This document shows positions 62,431 through 64,000 of a stretch of DNA of 64,000 nt, piece by piece. A program made the position numbers and the translations under genes. Every line of letters starts with the position of its first letter. Position 1 is the first letter of the stretch. This DNA is from an uncultured Nitrososphaerota archaeon. GTDB taxonomy: Archaea; Thermoproteota; Nitrososphaeria; Nitrososphaerales; CADDZS01. The stretch spans positions 832,001-896,000 of the forward strand of contig CAWCYI010000004.1 of assembly GCA_963799845.1 (NCBI GenBank). The letters are read 5' to 3'. Below the pieces are notes generated by a model. The model had not been told where the DNA came from. It searched no databases and saw only the letters and a list, made by a program, of their open reading frames with translations.

Positions 62431-63708
62431 ATGCATCTTTCCGAGCGTGAAATCCTGATTGGCAAGTACAAGCATGCGGCATACAAGCCTTGCTACTGGA
62501 CTGAGCAAAGCCTCAGAACAGGCGGCAGAAGACAGTGCTACAAGCACGACTTCGGGATAAAGAGCCATCAGTGCATCCAGTCAACTTCATTTCGAGGATG
62601 CAACATCGCATGCAGTTTCTGCTGGCGCGATGTAGAAGGCAGGCAGCATTCATTTCAAAAGCTGGATGAGCCCGTTGAAATTGCGGACCAGCTGATACTT
62701 GAACAAACCGCAATCATCGAACAGCATCTACCTTTTGCCCTTGATAATTACGATAATATGATCAAGGTAGTTCACGTGCTCGCGACAGATCGAGTTTCCC
62801 TTACGATACCGGAAATTGCCGAACGCGGAGGAATCTCCCGAGTGCGGGTGAAGGACGCCATAAACGATCTCAAGAACGCAGGAGTCATCAATGAAATCAG
62901 GAGAAAGCAGTTTGTAATTAGAAAAGATCTTGTCAGCTTGGCATCCGCATCTCTGGATTCTTCGAAAGACATCGTCGAGAAAATGGTTGCTTCGAAACAA
63001 GATATTGTTGATGTTCACGTGGAAGCCGCAAAGCCCAAGCACGTTGCGATCTCTTACGACGGGGAACCGACGATGTACCGCAGAATCGGAGAATTGATTC
63101 AAGAGTTTCGGAAAAGAGGAATCTCAACCTTTGTCGTGACGAACGGAACATTTCCGGAAAGGATCAAGGAGCTTCGGGAGACCGGGAATCAGCCGACACA
63201 ACTCTACGTGACGCTCGCGGCACCCGACAAAGAAACTTATGTCCGGGTCTGCTCGTCAGTAAAGCCATTCTTTCCTGTTAACGAGGATCATTGGGAGAGG
63301 CTTAATCTTACTCTTTCCATGCTCCCGTCACTGAAATGCAGGACTGTGATCAGAATTACCAGCGTCCGGGGGGTGAATATGATCAACCCCGAGGCATATC
63401 GCAAGATAATTCAGAGCTCCAGCCCAAGCTTTCTTGAAGTCAAAGGGTTTTCGATAAGTGGAAACGCGCCGAGGATCTCAGAGAGGCTTGGAGAAACCGA
63501 TCTCGGGTTCAAAGATCCGAGCCTGATGCAGCGAGCTCTGGCCTATGCGCCTACCCATGAGGAGATAGTTGCTTTCTCGAGAAAAATCTCGGATGATTAC
63601 ATGATATTTCCCCTGATTTTTCAGAGCGAGCTCAACCGCGATGTATTGATGAATGTCGCCTGGCACGATCCCAAAAATGTCGCGATAGATTTCCCTAATG
63701 AAATATGA
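62431..63708 (+). CDS. taw1: 4-demethylwyosine synthase (radical SAM) with an internal wHTH insertion
   Basis: CYK..FGIKSHQCIQ, CNIACSFCWR, KHVAISYDGEPTMY, FVVTNGT, PTQLYVTL, FLEVKG. Confidence 0.88.
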   Translation: MHLSEREILIGKYKHAAYKPCYWTEQSLRTGGRRQCYKHDFGIKSHQCIQSTSFRGCNIACSFCWRDVEGRQHSFQKLDEPVEIADQLILEQTAIIEQHLPFALDNYDNMIKVVHVLATDRVSLTIPEIAERGGISRVRVKDAINDLKNAGVINEIRRKQFVIRKDLVSLASASLDSSKDIVEKMVASKQDIVDVHVEAAKPKHVAISYDGEPTMYRRIGELIQEFRKRGISTFVVTNGTFPERIKELRETGNQPTQLYVTLAAPDKETYVRVCSSVKPFFPVNEDHWERLNLTLSMLPSLKCRTVIRITSVRGVNMINPEAYRKIIQSSSPSFLEVKGFSISGNAPRISERLGETDLGFKDPSLMQRALAYAPTHEEIVAFSRKISDDYMIFPLIFQSELNRDVLMNVAWHDPKNVAIDFPNEI

Positions 63709-63744
63709 TATACCGAATTTTGATCGGTGTCTTTGTGGGTGTAA

Positions 63745-64000
63745 TCAACCACCGTCTGGGGTCTTCGGAACTGTTTCGTCATCAGTTTCGGTGCTTTGAG
63801 GCGGCAGTGCGGCATTTTCCTGCTTTAGCGCTTTGTTTGCCTTGTCAAAGATGGCTTGCAGTTTTGATTTTCCAAGTGTCGCGGTTGTCTTCTCCTTGAT
63901 CAACCCCTTGGGTCGCCATAACAGAATAACAAGCAAGAGAACGCCAATCGCAATAGGTTCCAGCGAATTGATGTCAATCGGCAGAGAAATCCCATTGGCG
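63745..64000 (-). CDS. C-terminus of a branched-chain amino acid ABC permease (LivM-like), truncated by window edge
   Basis: ...IGVLLLVILLWRPKGLIKE motif. Confidence 0.7.
   Translation of the reverse strand, partial: ANGISLPIDINSLEPIAIGVLLLVILLWRPKGLIKEKTTATLGKSKLQAIFDKANKALKQENAALPPQSTETDDETVPKTPDGG

Overview
Archaeal chromosomal window. Class III (pilin-type) signal peptides, Taw1, a single-domain KaiC, PadR/wHTH regulators and a DUF3227/NitrOD5-like protein suggest a Nitrososphaerota/TACK archaeon; this assignment is inference. It is dominated by cell-surface genes: a type IV pilus locus (two near-identical major pilins in inverted orientation, a minor pilin, two giant pilin-like adhesins, assembly ATPase and membrane platform), two invasin/Ig-like anchored proteins, three YVTN/YncE beta-propeller proteins and several secreted proteins. 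Also present are two PIN toxin-antitoxin pairs plus an orphan antitoxin, a DUF1326-DUF2182-dicupredoxin cluster, an IS481-family element with 15-bp target duplication, an IS630-family element splitting an acyltransferase-3 gene, a NitT/TauT ABC transporter, a CbbQ/NorQ-type AAA+/VWA module, PaaK, a xanthine-dehydrogenase-family Mo subunit, a degenerate HerA-like ATPase behind a KaiC gene, and Taw1 with a wHTH insertion. The best leads are (1) a 543-bp inverted pilin repeat that is identical except for a hypervariable cassette and brackets a 6.9-kb segment, with a third pilin 3' remnant nearby, a candidate archaeal pilin variation system; (2) an orphan highly structured intergenic RNA candidate at about 11.07-11.41 kb; (3) the AAA+/VWA and KaiC/HerA-like modules near the pilus locus. 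About 15 genes carry single-base indels, most likely sequencing error, so split genes are not called true pseudogenes. All family assignments are by motif recognition, not database search.
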